Shown: positions 37,831 to 63,257 of the stretch, piece by piece
Position numbering within the stretch: position 1 is the first letter of the stretch
Layout: every line of letters starts with the position of its first letter
Source: the human T2T-CHM13v2.0 reference genome, Homo sapiens
Reading direction: 5' to 3' (one strand)
Assembly (NCBI RefSeq): GCF_009914755.1
Contig: NC_060940.1
Length of the DNA: 64,000 nucleotides
Notes under the pieces: generated by a model
The model's input: the letters and a program-made list of their open reading frames with translations, nothing else
What the model was told of the DNA's origin: nothing
Database searches by the model: none
Made by a program: the position numbers and the translations under genes

Positions 37831-38266
37831 GTGTATTCCTATTTTATAATTTATATATAAACAGATAAGTGTATATATATGTGTGTGTATATATATATAT
37901 ATATTAGCACACATCATGTAAAATGGATGCTCATATCCTGGTCTTTGAAACCCTGCAGAAGCAGGTCAGGCATTTAACTCTATATGCTCTATGTGTCTGG
38001 ATGTATGTAGTCTGGGAAACCAGTCCAGGACACAAGTGAAAATTCTTCAGAAAGTAAGAAGAGGAAAGGGGAGCCAGTGTCCAATGATCTGCCCTCTCCC
38101 TCCAAGCCACGAACACCTCTACCCCTGCGCAGGCCAGTGTTTGTGCGTATATCACACCTACTGAAAGAACAGATCGATGTGCTTGCTTCTGGATGTGAAA
38201 AGTAATTGGGGCCAGGCACTCATGCATGTAATCCCAGCACTTTGGGAGGCTGAGGTGGGTGGATCA

Positions 38267-38641
<375 letters not shown>

Positions 38642-39460
38642 TCATTACCCTGACTTTCTGCCTGAGGCACCTTCCAGACTGCAGCCAGGAAAGGGAAATT
38701 TTGGCACAGCACAGCATCTCACTGAGCTGAGGAAACAGAGACCAGAGTTTGGAGAGAAAGAGAGAGAGGTAGCTGGAATTTTGAAAAAAAAGTACCAAGA
38801 GACTTGACCACAGGTCAGGCACGGTGGCTCACACCTGTAATCCCAGCACTTTGGGAGGCCAAGGAGGGCAGATCACTTCAGTCCAGGAGTTTGAGACAAG
38901 CCTGGGCAAAATAGCTAGACCCCATCTCTAAAAAAAATTACCTGGGTGTGGTGGTGCACACCTGTAGTACCAGCAATCTGGGAGGTTGAGGTGGGAAGGT
39001 CACTTAACCTCAGGTATTCGAGGTTGCAGTAAGCTATGATTGTGTCACTGCACTCCAGCCTGGGTGATAGAGCAAGACTGTCTCAAAAAAAAAAAAAATC
39101 ACAAAAAGAATGCCAGAAATCTGCAGAGGGTTCGCCTCTAGTCTCTTTCTGAATACTAAGCCGCATGTGAATAGGGTGAAACTCCATGAGGCTGGGCAAA
39201 GAGCCCAGTTAAACCATTACCACAACTCACACAGGGATGAGAGACATTTGAGTTCAGACCAGGCAGAGTGGCGACTCCTGAAAGGACTAGTTATCTAGAA
39301 TACAAACACTCACAAAACTCTACACAGTGAGGGAAACAAACCAACTAAAAAATGGGCAAAAATGTGAGCAGATATTTTCACTGAAGAGGATATAAAGATG
39401 GCAACTAACATGAGAAAAATGCTCAACATCACTAACCACTACGGAAATGCAAATTGAAAC

Positions 39461-40950
39461 TGCTATGGGACTTTAGGTGTCTATTTTCTGGCTGGGTCAG
39501 AAACCTCTGTGGCCCCGCATCGAGTTCTTGTCTTGGTCTGTGTCCAGGAAGAATGAGGTATGAATGAGATACTCAGTAAAGGTGAACGAGATGAGGACGA
39601 GCTTGATTAAATGTTAGAACAGCACTCAGGAAACGGTAGCACTCAGGAAACTCTGTAGGCAGGTCATCCATTAAGTGTTCAGTTCTCAGCAGAGGAGAAT
39701 CCCTGAAGACAGTGGCTCCTCGTTGCCTGCAGGTCCTCCCCGCAGCTCTTCAGCAAGACAGGGTAAGTCCTCTACCCAGCTCTTCAGCGGGAGACAGTAA
39801 GGTCTGCAGCTCTCAGAAGAGAGGCAGCTCTGGAGAGTGGCTCCTCGCTGCTGGCAGGTCCTCTCCGCAGCTCCTCAGCGGGAGAGGGTAAGGGTCCCTC
39901 TCCGCAGCTCCTCGGCGGGAGAGGGTAAGGGTCCTCTCCGTAACTCCTCAGCGGGAGAGGACTTTCTCCGCAGCTCTCAGTGGAGAGGCGGCCCTGGAGA
40001 ATGGCTCCTCTCTGCTGGCAGTTCGATTCTGCAGCTCTCAGCAGAGATGATAGGTCCTCTCTGCAGCTGGTCATCCCATTCGCTCCACCTGTCGGCAGAG
40101 AGAACACGCCTCTCTGCAGCTGATATCAGATGACTTCTACCCTCTTCGTTGTCTGACCGTTTTCTGCCCTACTCTGGCTGAGCCCAGGGCTTTTACAGAC
40201 CTCAGAGGGGAGGAAGTGCCTGCTGATTGGTCCATGAGTGGCCATGGGTGGGCCCAAAAGAGACACCACAGGTCCCCACTCCAGTCCGCTGGATTGGTAG
40301 CGCGGCTCCCAGCCTTCAGGCCCTCCCTGGCCTAAAGGTGAGGCCTTTCCGGGACCCGTCCCCTTCCGCCCAGGCCTCCTGCTGCCATTCATGGCCCTAG
40401 GATTCGGCCCCAACCCCGCTCTGAGATCGGAGCAGGTGCAGGAGAGGAGAGGGGACAGGCAGCGGAAGCAGATGCCCCCAGCCTGCAGGGATGAGGGTGG
40501 GGTGTACCTGTCCTGGGCCGGAGGGTGTGGCTGCAGAGATGCCCGGGTTCTGCACCTGGGAGGGTGCTGCAGTTGCACCCGGGGAACTCCCACCCCAACA
40601 ACTCAGAAGGGGTGGGGTTCCTGCTTGTCCCTGTCTCCTGCCTGCTCCGTGGAGCGGGAGGACCAAGTCTATAGCCAGTCCAGAGGCTGCAGGTGCACCC
40701 AGGAGGGCAGATCTTCCCTGCTCCTGTCCCCCTCCAAAAGCACAGGGAGGCTCGGATCCACAGCCCTAGTTTGGGTGGCTGTTGCCCCGCCCAGGAGGGC
40801 AGGCTCCTGCCTGCTCCGTAGAGCAGGAGGCCTGGGTCTGCAGCCCTGGTTTGGGCAGATGCAGTGGCTCCCACCAGCTCCATGGAGTGTGCAGCCCCAG
40901 CCACGCCTCCCTGCTGCAGCCAGCGGTGATGGCAGCAGCCACTGCCATCA
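39461..40950 (-). mobile_element. MER52-type ERV1 solo LTR (~1.49 kb) inserted in an L1M fragment
   Basis: TG...CA ends and 4-bp TSD AAAC (39457-39460 / 40951-40954). The minus strand starts TGATGGCAGTGGC...GCTGCAGCAGGGAGGCG as in recalled MER52. Internal GC-rich tandem repeats. Confidence 0.85.
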
Positions 40951-40992
40951 AAACCACAATGAGATATCACTGCATGCCTATCAGAATGGCTA

Positions 40993-41436
<444 letters not shown>

Positions 41437-41626
41437 TTAAAAGAAACAAACAACTACTATATGACCCACGACCATACTCCTGGGCATTGATCCCTGAGAA
41501 ATGAAAATTGTGTTCATGCAATCACCTGTACACTAATATTTATAGCAACTTTATTCCTAATAGCCCAGAACAGGAAAAAAAAAAAGCCTTCAATAGGTGA
41601 ATGGTGAAACTGATATCTCCACAACA

Positions 41627-42032
41627 TGTGTATCAGTCAGAGTCCTCCAGAGAAACAGAATCAATAGATTTTACACACACACACACACACACGCACGAGA
41701 GAGAGAGAACTTTAAGGAGATAGGTCATGCAATTGTGGAGTCTGGCAAGTTCACAAACAGGCAGGCTGGAGACTCAGGTAGGAGTTGATGCTGTAGTTTT
41801 GCAGCAGTTTCTTCCTCTCCTTCCTCAAGGGAAACCTTGGTTTTTGCTCTTAAGAACTTCAACTGATTGTATGAGGTCCACCCATATTATCAGTCTCCTT
41901 TACTTAAAACCATTGATTGTAGATGGTAACCACATCTACAAAATATCTTCACAGCAATACCTATATTCTCGTTTAATTAAATGACTAGGTACTATAGCCT
42001 AGCCACATTGACACTTAAAACTAACCATTATA
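41627..42032. mobile_element. MLT2 (ERVL) LTR within L1M sequence
   Basis: tgtatcagtcagagtcctccagagaaacagaa...(CA)n(GA)n...gacacttaaaactaacca pattern. Confidence 0.75.
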
Positions 42033-43265
42033 CCATACTTAGCAATTAAAAGGAGGAAACTACTACTATCCATAACAAACTGGATGACTCTCCAGAGAAC
42101 TTTGCTGAAAAAAAAAGCCAATCCCAAAAGGTTACATACTGTATAATTCCATTTATATAATATTTTTGAAATGATAAATTTTTAGAACTGGAGGAGGAAT
42201 TAGTGGTAGCCAGAGATAGAGAGAGGGGTGGGGGTGGTTGGGAACAGGAAGGAGGAAGGTGTGGTCATAAAACTGCAACATGAGGATCCTTGTGATGCTG
42301 GAACTGATCAGTTTCTTAACTGTGGTGTTGGATAATGAACCTACACAGGGGATAACTTGTGTAACACTACACTCACACACACACATGCCTATACATACAT
42401 ATACACACATACAATGAGCACAAGTGAAATTAGGGAAATCTGATTGAGGTTAGTGGATTGCATCAATGCCAATACCCTCATATAATAGATACTATGTCAT
42501 TCTGTATTTCCACATATAAGGGATACTATTACACTATATGTTCAAATGTTACCATTGGAGGAAACAGGACAAAGTGAGTGGCCATCCTCTGTGTCATTTT
42601 TTTTAAATCAATTTTATTAACTTATAATTTACATCAACATAATGCACCCATTTTAAGGGTACACTTCTATGTTTTGACAAATGTATACAATTGTGTAATC
42701 ACCGCCACAAAAAAAAAATGTAGAATATTTTCATCATCCCAAAAGATTCCTTATGTCTCTTCCCAGTCAAACATCCTCCCCACAAAACCCCTACTTCTAG
42801 ACCCTGGTAACCTTGATCTACTGTCACTATAGATGTGTCTTTTCTAGGTTTCATATAAATAGAATCATAGAGTGTGAATACTGTATGATTGCAATTACAT
42901 GACATTCTAGGGAAGGCAAAACTATGGAAACTAAAAAGATCAGTGGTTGCCAAGGGTTGGAGGAGAGAGAGTGGGATGAACAGGCAGAACACAGGATTTT
43001 TAGGGCAGCGAGTCTTTTCTGTATAATACTATAATCATGCATACATATTACAGTATACATTTGTCAAAACCTATAGAATGCACAACACCAAGAGTGAACC
43101 CTAATGCAAATTATGGACTTTAGGTTGATAATGATGTGTTGTCAATGCAGGTTCATCAGTTCTAACAAATGTATCACTCTGGTGGGGGCTGTTGATAATG
43201 GGGGAGGCTGGGGTAGGGTATATGGGAACTCTCTGTACTTTTCACTTAATTTTGCTATGAACCTA

Positions 43266-43652
<387 letters not shown>

Positions 43653-44516
43653 TCAGCGCCTACCAGACCTATAAATTGTAGAGTCTTCAGGGCTGGATCC
43701 ACCTATCCTTCATGTCTCTGTTCTTTCACTGGGCAATTTCATCCAGTCTTACTACAACTACAACTCTAATATGTATGGACCATTTTTCTTAGCACTAGCT
43801 CTCCATATCCCATTGTCTACTACATATTTAAAATCAGCAGGTCCAAACCTAAACTCTTTATCAGCCCCCTCAAACTCGACCTCCATCCAGGATTCTCCAC
43901 TTACGTACGTGATACCATTATCTATCCAGTTTCTCAAGAGAAAATAGAGGAGTCACCTCTCTACATCCAATCCATCAGCAAGTCTTGTAATCCAACTTCC
44001 AAAGCATATACCAAATTCTTAACACTTCTCACTCCTTCTCTGCAGTCATCACCCTATTCCAAAACATGATCATCCCTTGTCTGGGCAACTGCAATTACTT
44101 CTTAATTGGTCTCTGCCTCCCCAGCCTAGAGTAAATGATCTGCTATTCTTATAGCCCCCTGCATTCTTCCTATGCAGCTCTTATCACAATTTACACTTTT
44201 CTGGTTTTCCTGCCTCCCCTTTAACAGACAGCACTGGCCAGCCTGACAGCTTCCCCTTGGAATCCCAGTGTTTTTGGGAGGCCAAAGTAGGAGGATCACT
44301 TAAGGCCCGGAGTTTAAGACCAACCTGGGCAACATAGCGAAACCCCATCTCTACTAAAAATTTAAAAATTAGCCAGGCACAGTGACCCGCACCTCTAGTC
44401 CCAGCTACTTGGGAGGCTGAGGTGAGAGGATTCCTTGGAGCCCAGGAGTTCGAGTCCGCAGCCAGTTATGATTGCACCATTGCACTCCAGCCTGGGTGAC
44501 AGAGTGAGACGCTCAT

Positions 44517-44560
<44 letters not shown>

Positions 44561-47094
44561 GACCGTGAGCTCCATGAGGACAAGAGTCAGGTCTGCTTTC
44601 TTATCATCTTGTCCCAGTGGCCTGCACACTAGCTGGCACACTAAATGTTCATAGAACTCATCAGTAAGGAAATCAGGACATGGCATGCATACTGCCGAGG
44701 ACCAGGACCATAGCCACCTTTCCAGTAGGCTCCTTTCAACAGAGGGGCTGCCCCCATTGCACTTCCCATGTGGTTTTGTTTACAAGTGTTTAACTTACCA
44801 GCAACTTCTTCTCAGGATCACACATGTGCCTCTGCATGCAGTGGAATTCTCTTTGGTCTTTGATTCATGTCCCTTCTCAGAAAGGCCTTTCATGACCGCC
44901 AATCTAAACTAGATCTCACCTCATCATCCCATCATCCTCCAGCACCACACCCGGTTAGTTTCCTGCAGTGCGTTTTCACAATCTGTAATTATGAATTTCT
45001 TTCTCTACTTGTTTGTTCTCTGTCTCCCACTGAGGATGAGGACTATGAGAACGATGTTCTGTCCACTAATATCTCCTCAGTACCCAGTACAGAGCCTGGA
45101 ACCTGGTTGGAGCCTAATAAATATTTCTTGAGTGGATGAAAGGGTGCACGGAAAGTCCTCTTGGCCCTAATTAAACAACCAGTTCCAAAAAATGGACACT
45201 TTCTCAGAAATTGGAATGAATGTGATTTTTCTGCTTCAATTCTCACTAACCTGCCCAGAAACCTCCTGGATTCTTGGAATGTCTGTTAAGAATTCCAGCT
45301 AGCCCAGTGAACATTTGCACACAGCACAGCTGGGCTGGCGGGTTCATGATGCAAGGAGGCCTGTTCTCCCCTCCTCCACCACCCCCATCACTGCTCTCAC
45401 CCAGACCTTCCTCCTGTCCTCCTAAGGAAAGTCCCCTAGAATGGAACAACCTCTCCCTCGGGAAGCCTCCCAGCCCTTTTGTCTGAGGGAGCCTCACATT
45501 TTATTCTTCCTCAGAGGACACTCTTGAACAGCTTGGGTGATGTGCCCTGGGAAAGGCATCATTCCGTATAGCCCTGAGCTCAGAAGCAGAGCCAGGAGGC
45601 ATTGTCTCTTCGGGACTAAGGGTTTCTTCTCTTCTCAACCCATACCTGAGCCTTGGTTCATCCCACACAGTCCCATGACTTTAAGCTCTGTCTACATCTT
45701 CACTCCTCAAAGCCTGCCCTGTGGACCAGCCGCAGCACCTGAGAGAGTGTTCGAAATGCAGATTCCCAGGCACTGCCTGGTCCTACTAAATCAGCATCTG
45801 CATTTTAACAGATCCCCAGGTGACTCACAGCACACGACAGTGTGTTCCTCCATGCCTGATGACTCCCAAGTTACCTCCTGTCCTGACATCTGTCCCAGCC
45901 ACTCTGCAGCTGCTAATGTCACATCTCGGCCTGGAAGCCCATCAGGGATCTGAAACCCAACATGTCCAAACCAAACTCTTAGTTCCTGCTCTCTAGGCGT
46001 GCTCCTCCCCAACCCTCTGGGCCATGATATCTTCTGGCACAAGGCACTCCTTAGGCACTGACTGAATAACTCATTCTTCATGGTCTGATTAGTTGCTCAA
46101 TTGCTGAATTGGAGGCCAAGAAGAGTTGTAAGGAGAGCATAACAAGTGATAAAAAGCCTCAGGGCCAGGGCATGATTGTGCACACCTGTAGTCTCCACTA
46201 CTTCGGAGACTGGAGGGAACCTTGAGCCCAGGAGTTTGAGGCCAGCCTGGTCAACATAGCAAGACAGTCTCTAAAAAAAAAAAAAATGTCTGAGGGATGT
46301 TGGAGTTATACAGCATTCCAACACAGTCCCCTCTTGTGTCCAGCTTACTGACTTTATCATAATGAACTCCATCCATGTGTATCAACTTGGATACATCCCA
46401 AAGCATTGCTGAATAACGAGAAGAGGCAAATGGCATGCTGGACCTACAGGAGTGACCACTAGCGCTGTCTACCAAATATTTCCAGTTCCCGCAGGCACAA
46501 ACTTTCCCTTTCCTTAGAGTTAGGTGATTCTGTTACAGCAGGCAGGTAGCCAGGCAGGGGCAGCTTTCTTTTTGCATGTCTCTAGTGTGAATTCTTTCCT
46601 TCAAGAAGACCAAGAACCGGAGGACTCCCTTGCCTCTCTGGGTAACAATTCCACATGACTCGCCCTGGTCATGGAAATATGAGAAGCAACATGAATCACT
46701 TCTGGATGGAAGCTTTAAGGGACAATCCACTCTTTTTTTCTTCTTCCCTTTCTCAGCCTCTCGGCCTGAGTCTCTTAGTGGCTCCAATGAACAGATCCCT
46801 GTTGTAGACACTTGTCAACCATGTGTTGGAGTGAGAAGTAAATATTTGCTGAGCCACTGAAATTTTGGAATTATTTGTTACCACACCAAAGCCTGCCCCT
46901 TCCTGAGTGATACATCCACACATGCATGCACACGTACACACAGACACACACACACACACACCACCAATAGATATGTTTTCTGAGAACATACTATATTATG
47001 GAAGTATCTTTAGGGCTGGGTGCAGTGGCTCGTGCCTGTTATCCCAGCACTTTGGGAGACCGAGGCAGGAGGATCGCTTGAGCCCAGTAGTTCA

Positions 47095-47295
<201 letters not shown>

Positions 47296-47880
47296 TTAAT
47301 TAATTAATATCCCATATATCTTTTGTATAAGTAATCCATGTTCACTATAGAAAATTAGAAAATAAGAACAAGCTTTGGGCATCTCATCACTCACAAGACC
47401 TCATCATGGTCTGAGAAAGCCCATTCCCTTCCACCCATCTCAGAGGCTAAATCTACTCTGTGGCACCCACACAATTTGCTTTGCTTATAGCTGCAGTTCT
47501 CCACCCACTTAGGATTTAATTGGCTTGGAGTGGGGCCCAGGTATTCACATTTTTAAAAAATGCCTTTAGCCTAGGTATGGTGGCCCATGCCTGTAATCCC
47601 AGCACTTTGGGAGGCAGAGGTAGGAAGATGGCTTGAGTCCAGGAGTTTGAGGCCAGCCTGGGCAAGAAAGCAAGAGCTTTGTCTCTACAAAAATAAAAAT
47701 TTAAAAATCAGCCGAATGTAGTGCTGCGCACCTGCAGTCCCAACTACTCAGGAGGCTGAGGTGGGAGGATCACTTGAGTCCAGGAGTTCAAGGCTACAAT
47801 GAGCTATGATTGTACCACACACTTCAGCCTGGAAAATAGAGTAAGACTCCATCTCTTAAAAAAAAAAAAACTGCCTTCCC

Positions 47881-53945
<6,065 letters not shown>

Positions 53946-54603
53946 AAAAAAATGACTTCCAGAAATTCCAAGGTACAGCTGAGAATGAAAACCACTGCCT
54001 TCCATCATCGCACCCGCCTGCCCCTTCCTTGTCTGCCATCCATTACTGTTTCTTACATTCCTGTTGAATTTGACCAGAATTGTTTCTTAAGTACAAACAT
54101 TGTCTAAAGTGGCACTTTCTCTTTCCAGCAGCTCAGAGAACCCATTGCTTGTGTGCTGTCTCCTGAGATCCTGACTTGATTAGGTTTCCAAGGTTTTGTG
54201 TACATTGTGGGCACACACAATGAAACTGCCTAAAGACCAGAATTAAGTGCTCAGCAGTGACCCATGCAGACAGATGGATGTTCTGACCCAGCGATATCTA
54301 CTTGGAAAGGGTTTGCAGCATGGCAGACCAGTTGGGGGGAAACTTCCATCACCCAAATTCAGAGGGCCTTTTATTTCCCCTAGTTACCTCTAACTCTCTC
54401 AGAACTTTTTCTAAAACAAAAGATACAGGAGGGAAAAAAATCAAGAATTTTATTTCATGCTTCTGCCTTTACAGATATTTTTTATGCCCAGGAACAGTGG
54501 CAACTAATGTTCCAGGGTATAAATATGTAAAATATTTTAAGATAGACACTGTTCTAAGATTCATGACAACACAATGGTCTGGTCAAAATAGTGTCCCATT
54601 TTA

Positions 54604-54786
<183 letters not shown>

Positions 54787-55062
54787 TCACTTCAGCCCAG
54801 CAGGCTGAGGCTGCAGTGAGCCATATTCACCCCACTGTTACCCCAGCTTGGACAACACAGGGAGACCCTGTCTCAAAAAAAAAAGAAAAGAGATAAAAGA
54901 AACTGAGGCACACAGAGGCTAAGTTGCCTGGAACAAATAGCTAGCCAGTGATAGTGAGCATTTGAATCCAAGCCACTTGACTCCAGAGAGAGCCTCTGCT
55001 CTTAGCCACTGTGATCTAGTGCCACTTACAGGAACACTAGTGGGGAATGAATTGGCTTAGAG

Positions 55063-55572
55063 GAGGGGTCCCCTGTCCCTGGGCCACAGACCAATACCAG
55101 TCCCTGGCCTGTTGGGAACTGGGCCGCACAGCAGGAGATGAGTGGCAAGTGAACAAGTCAAGCTTCATTTGTATTTGTATCTGCTCCCCATCAACTGCAT
55201 TACCCCCTGTCAGATCCCCAGTGGCACTAGATTCTCACAGGAGCGGGAACTCTATTGTGAACTGAGCGGGCGAGGGATCTAGGTTGCACACTCCTTATGA
55301 GAATCTAATGCCTGATGACCTGTCACATTCTCTCATCACCCCCAGATGGGACTGTCTAGTTTCAGGAAAACAAGCTCAGGGCTCCCATTGATTCTACATT
55401 ATGGTGAGTTGTATAACTATTTCATTATATATTTGCAATGTAATAATAATAGAAATGAAGTGCACAATAAACGTAATGCACTTGCATCATCCTGAAACCA
55501 TCCCCCTCATGCCCTGTGTGTGGTTTCTTCCATGAAACCGATCCCTGGTGCCAAAAATGTTGGGGACCACTA
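55063..55572 (+). mobile_element. MER1A (hAT-Charlie) DNA element
   Basis: Termini AGGGGTCCCC / GGGGACCACT; 8-bp TSD-like GCTTAGAG / GTCTAGAG. Confidence 0.8.
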
Positions 55573-56010
55573 GTCTAGAGTAAAAATATTGAATGAGCAT
55601 ATAGTTACCGGATGTTCTTAAACTTTGTAATAGGAAGTGCAATGCAATACAGTGCACATGCGGGTGCTGGATGGATGAATGCGTAAATGTTATGGAGGGT
55701 GCTGAAGACAATGAATGCTTTCCTGCAAGAAGGAATACCGCTAACGTCCAAAGGGGCCGACCTTGAGCCACTGCCTCCCAGGGAGGAAAGCTCTTTATGT
55801 ATCACAAAGAGACTATCTGGAGGACTTAGGCAATGTTAAGTATAGCTGAGGAAGAGTTGGCTGATATGGAAATAGAACCCCCCTTCCCCCGCCGAATGCT
55901 GCCATATTAACACCTACTATTTGGCCTCATGGTTGACCTTGCTGTGCCAGCCTGAGGGGGTAAAGTGACCTCAACGTCCCCTCTTGCCAGCCCCTGCTGC
56001 TTCCCTCCAG

Positions 56011-56800
56011 GGGATTTACAGGGTGCAGAGGGCATGACCAGGAATGCCATATTCAAGATGGCAATGGCGTGGGTGATAGTGTGCCTCCTCTAAGGGCCTG
56101 CCATCATCAGCTGGGACTACATAGCCAGAAGAAGCATTCTGCCCTGAGGGGAAGAATGGTACAACTGGTGCTTCCTGATGACAGCCTCCAGCATTGAATC
56201 CTTCACCCTCTCATCAGTGTCATTTACTTCAACTTGAGCATCCATGTAAGATTCAGAAGCGCACCTCCCTGAAGAATGACAACATTGCCTCCAGCCGAGA
56301 CTGCGCAGAGATGAACTTCAGGGGAGAAAAAAGAAACACATGTCACAGTTTTTCTTAAACTGTGAGAGAGGAGGAGCAGGAGGAGAAGAGACCAGAGCCC
56401 CTCTCCCAGGCACCGGGGCTTTCCTTGGATGTCCTGAGACTCAAGATTTCTCACCTCTGCAGGTGGACCTGATAATCCTACGCAGAAGAACCGCTACAGG
56501 GCAGCGAGAACGCCTGCAATGGCAGCAGACAGCCGAGCCTCCCCAGCACGGCGTCTCCCGGGACAAATGAGCGTCCACGTCGCTTGACGTCATGGTGTGT
56601 GCATTTGTCCTGTGCTGGGCTCCCTACACTGCTCGTGATCATCGGAGCTGCCTGCCACGGGTCACATGTCCAGCACTTTCTCTATGAGACACGCTTCTGG
56701 CTCCACTGGCTGAATTCGGCTATCAGCCCTCTTCCGTACTCATTCTGCCACGAGTTTCAGAAAAGCATTCCATCAAACCGCTGTGTCCTGGAAAGGCTGA
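56011..56800 (+). pseudogene. Histamine H3/H4 receptor-like unprocessed pseudogene: last exon, TM4-TM7 plus helix 8, with several stops and frameshifts
   Basis: Conceptual translation: GIYRVQ/GMTRNAIFKMAMAWVIVCLL*GPAIISWDY...WYNWCFLMTASSIESFT/LISVIYFNLSIH/IQKRT...VSRDK*ASTSLDVMVCAFVLCWAPYT/LVIIGAACHG...YETRFWLHWLNSAISPLPYSFCH/SFRKAF. This is collinear with recalled HRH3 exon 3. Pyrimidine-rich acceptor cttccctccag at 56000-56010. Confidence 0.88.
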
Positions 56801-56851
56801 GCGAGATCCACCCACCCCCATATGTACATGTGACAGAAACTGCTCTTGTAT

Positions 56852-57179
56852 TCTTAATGGTGGAGGCTGTCCAGGTTCTTGGCGTCTTGAACAAAGAATT
56901 GGACAAAACGCACAAACAAAGCAAGGAAGGAATGAAGTGATTTATTGAAAATGAAAGTACACTACACAGCGTGGGAGCGGGCCTGAGCATAGGGGCTCAA
57001 AGGCCCTGTTACAGAGTTTTTGTGAGTTTCAATACCCTTTACTTGGGGTACGCCCTATGTAAATGAAGAGTCTGAAGCAAAGTTACAAAGTCATTTACGG
57101 AGGACGGCCTATGGATGTCATAGCTGAAGTGTGAATTGGCCTTATGTTCCCTGCCTCCATACCCTATTTTCCTGCCTCA
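56852..57179 (-). mobile_element. ERV1 solo LTR (MER51/MER61-like)
   Basis: Minus strand starts TGAGGCAGGAAAATAGGG; AATAAA present; TSD-like GTAT / GTAC. Confidence 0.75.
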
Positions 57180-57199
57180 GTACCAGATCACCTAAACCC

Positions 57200-58960
<1,761 letters not shown>

Positions 58961-59560
58961 ACCCGCTATGATCCACGGAGGAAAGGGTCACAAACACTTC
59001 CCTAGGCCCTGCCACCAATTTCACTTTAGTCTTTGCCACAAGGAAACATGGAACCCATATAAGAAAGGGGCCCCTACAAGCTCCTTTAAAATGTGGTATA
59101 TGCAATTGCCCTCCAGGGCTTTGTACTCAGAGTAGTCAACAGCATGGAGTTTAGGCTTATCAGAAATGCGGGCTCTCAGACCCCACTCCAGACTTGAATT
59201 CCAGAATCTGCATTTTAACAAGATTCCCAGGTGATTTGTATGTTTAAAAAAGTTGAAAAAGCAGTGGGGCCGGGCAGGGTGGCTCACACCTGTAATCCCA
59301 GCACTTCAGGAGCCCGAGGTGGGTGGATAGTTTGAGGCCAGTTTGAGACCAGCCTGGGCAATATAGCAACACCCCCGCCACCCCACACCCCTAAAAAGAA
59401 AAAGAAAAAGAAGCATTGTTCCCAGGGATCCGTAGGAAGATAAAATGGCTGAGAAAAATCATTCTGTACTACCCCATCTCCTGTGGAGACATCCTATTGA
59501 AGGCTTAAAATCACTGCAGCTCAAGTTTATGTTATTTTACCAAATTTCCACACAATATCC

Positions 59561-61334
<1,774 letters not shown>

Positions 61335-61440
61335 TGACCAGGCTAGTCTCAAACTCCTGGTTTCAAATTGATCCACCTACCTCGGCCTCCCCAAGTGCTG
61401 GGATTACAGGTGTGAGCCACCATGCCTGGCCTGTTTGTAC

Positions 61441-62833
<1,393 letters not shown>

Positions 62834-63257
62834 GTACTAGTATATGAAAGTATTCCATCACCTTTGTGTATGTAATTAAAGACAAGGCTTGAAAAAACAA
62901 TGATAGAACCTGATTTCTAAAAATAGATCAGGCGGATTTTACATTTTACTTTTTTTCTTACCCTTCCTCTTTTATTTTTTTTCTTTCTCCCTTCCTGTGA
63001 GCGTGCATAGATTTTACATTTTACATTTGCAAAACCATACTAGAAGATACGGCTCCTTTCCAATGCAACGTCTCTGGGTAGGTGGAGGAATGGCTGATCT
63101 CCTCTTGTCTTTGCTCTGCACATGGGAAGATAAACTCGTAATGAACATTATCAATCAGTATGCAATTCAATGGACTTTAGTTTTGGGAGCAGACTTGAAT
63201 TGCAGAACTGAAGTTACAATTGGCACATCCTTGTTTATGGGAGGTCAGCAAAGCATT

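Noticed and set aside
38155-38180. U2 snRNA-like stretch (ATCTGTTCTTTCAGT on minus)
   Set aside because: Only ~15 nt similar; flanks do not match U2.
45605-45645. Possible receptor exon 1 remnant (LRTxxNFFxLN-like)
   Set aside because: Short, low-complexity match with no flanking TM1/TM2 similarity.
55920-55953. Resemblance to receptor TM3 (WLxVDYLLCTAS) in tttggcctcatggttgaccttgctgtgccagcc
   Set aside because: Needs three indels in ~35 bp, lacks the following NIVLISYDRF, and leaves no room for an intron before 56010; may be chance.
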